A stretch of DNA of 18,201 bases from Candidatus Micrarchaeia archaeon (lineage in GTDB: Archaea > Micrarchaeota > Micrarchaeia > Micrarchaeales > CABMGC01), in assembly GCA_049964835.1 (NCBI GenBank), contig JBMFWW010000003.1:1-18201 (forward strand), written 5' to 3'. The translations under genes were made by a program, and so were the position numbers. Of this stretch, positions 17,333-18,201 are shown one piece after another; position 1 is the first letter of the stretch; every line of letters starts with the position of its first letter. The notes beneath the pieces were generated by a model that had not been told where the DNA came from, searched no databases, and saw only the letters and a program-made list of their open reading frames with translations.

Positions 17333-17994
17333 TTATCCACCAAAATAAATTCTGACTGACTAAGCCACTTTACTTTAAAATCTTTTTGATTCAAATCTGA
17401 AAAGCATGATTTTAGCTTAGTTACATTTATCTTTAAATCAGTTGAAAGTTGGTTTATGTTTATTTTTCCATTGTACTTGAAAGATACATATTTACTCAAA
17501 ACCGATTCAAAAGTAGATTTGTAAAAAGATAAATCTGAACTTGTTTTTTTGTTTGACAAATTCAACTCTATTATTCTTTTTGAAAGTATAATCTCTGGAA
17601 CATCTATTTGTTTTTTAACTTCGCTAAATTTATTTTGAGCAGTATTATTCTTTTTGAAAGATTCAATTATGTAAGGATAAATGCTCTCAAACTTTACAGT
17701 GTAGATCTTAGACATATAACCGATTAATAAAAGTAGCCTATAAACTGACTCGTCATATAATGCTATTGGAAATTCATCGGCGTATGTGATTAAAGATATT
17801 TCTGACTTTGAGAGCTCAAGTGAAAAATAATAGCCCATAGAATTAGATTTTATTAGATAAATTAATTTTTGACCATCCTTAACTAATTCTAACGCCTTGT
17901 GATTAAAAATATGTGTTTTTACATCTGATAATGGGACCTTGCATTCAGCAGGTATCTGTATTCTAGAAAAAAAGTGCATATTTTTATACTTCAT
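17329..17994 (-). CDS. Hypothetical protein with short coiled coil and C-terminal winged-helix-like domain
   Basis: ATG at 17994 (MKYKNMHFF) overlaps the upstream stop and follows GAGTG, so it is preferred to TTG 18021. The C-terminus ININQLSTDLKINVTKLKSCFSDLNQKDFKVKW resembles a wHTH. Confidence 0.75.
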   Translation of the reverse strand: MKYKNMHFFSRIQIPAECKVPLSDVKTHIFNHKALELVKDGQKLIYLIKSNSMGYYFSLELSKSEISLITYADEFPIALYDESVYRLLLLIGYMSKIYTVKFESIYPYIIESFKKNNTAQNKFSEVKKQIDVPEIILSKRIIELNLSNKKTSSDLSFYKSTFESVLSKYVSFKYNGKININQLSTDLKINVTKLKSCFSDLNQKDFKVKWLSQSEFILVDK

Positions 17995-18201
17995 AAGAAC
18001 ACTCTTGTAAGGCATAAGCAAAGGAGTCTGCTATATCCTTTTCTTTTATTCCTAGAGCTCTCAATTCTGATAGAATTAAAAGCCTGTTTTGAGTTAATTT
18101 AATAAATTCTCTTATAAGAACATGTAATTCAATAGAATTATTTTGAGATATTCTTGTAATCAATTCTGAAGTATCAGAATTAGAGAACTTTTTAATTACC
18201 T
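17984..18201 (-). CDS. 3' end of a hypothetical helical protein (runs off the right edge; not in ORF track)
   Basis: Open frame from 18199 (VIKKFSNSDTSELITRISQ...KDIADSFAYALQECSYEV) to TAA at 17984-17986, overlapping the next ATG by 11 bp. Confidence 0.7.
   Translation of the reverse strand, partial: VIKKFSNSDTSELITRISQNNSIELHVLIREFIKLTQNRLLILSELRALGIKEKDIADSFAYALQECSYEV

Noticed and set aside
14162..18201. Integrated plasmid/provirus or HerA-NurA repair operon
   Set aside because: No integrase, att repeat, replication, capsid, NurA, Mre11 or Rad50 gene within the window; cannot be excluded beyond the right edge.

Overview
AT-rich archaeal chromosomal DNA, shown by aRF1, Nre, a tetraether synthase, a DUF981 gene and archaeal-type tRNAs. 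Gene style suggests an acidophilic small-genome archaeon such as Micrarchaeota (DPANN), but that is inference only. In order: the 5' part of a secreted Ig-like surface protein with a Thr/Pro tandem repeat (running off the left edge), tRNA-Leu(TAG), serS, two membrane/surface proteins and aRF1. Next is a minus-strand block: XRE-HTH/CBS regulator, class I methyltransferase, Tes/GDGT-MAS radical SAM enzyme with an 8-Cys C-terminal tail, a ferredoxin/HMA-like-fold protein and a 4-TM protein. A Cys/Met PLP enzyme is divergent from the regulator across a perfect 22-bp palindrome. Then come a frameshifted DUF981 gene, tRNA-Pro(CGG), an Xaa-Pro peptidase, nreA, and a tightly coupled minus-strand operon of unknown and membrane proteins ending in a HerA/VirB4-like ATPase with a C-terminal beta-sandwich domain. 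The best leads are that ATPase operon, the Tes locus and the HTH-CBS/palindrome/PLP module.
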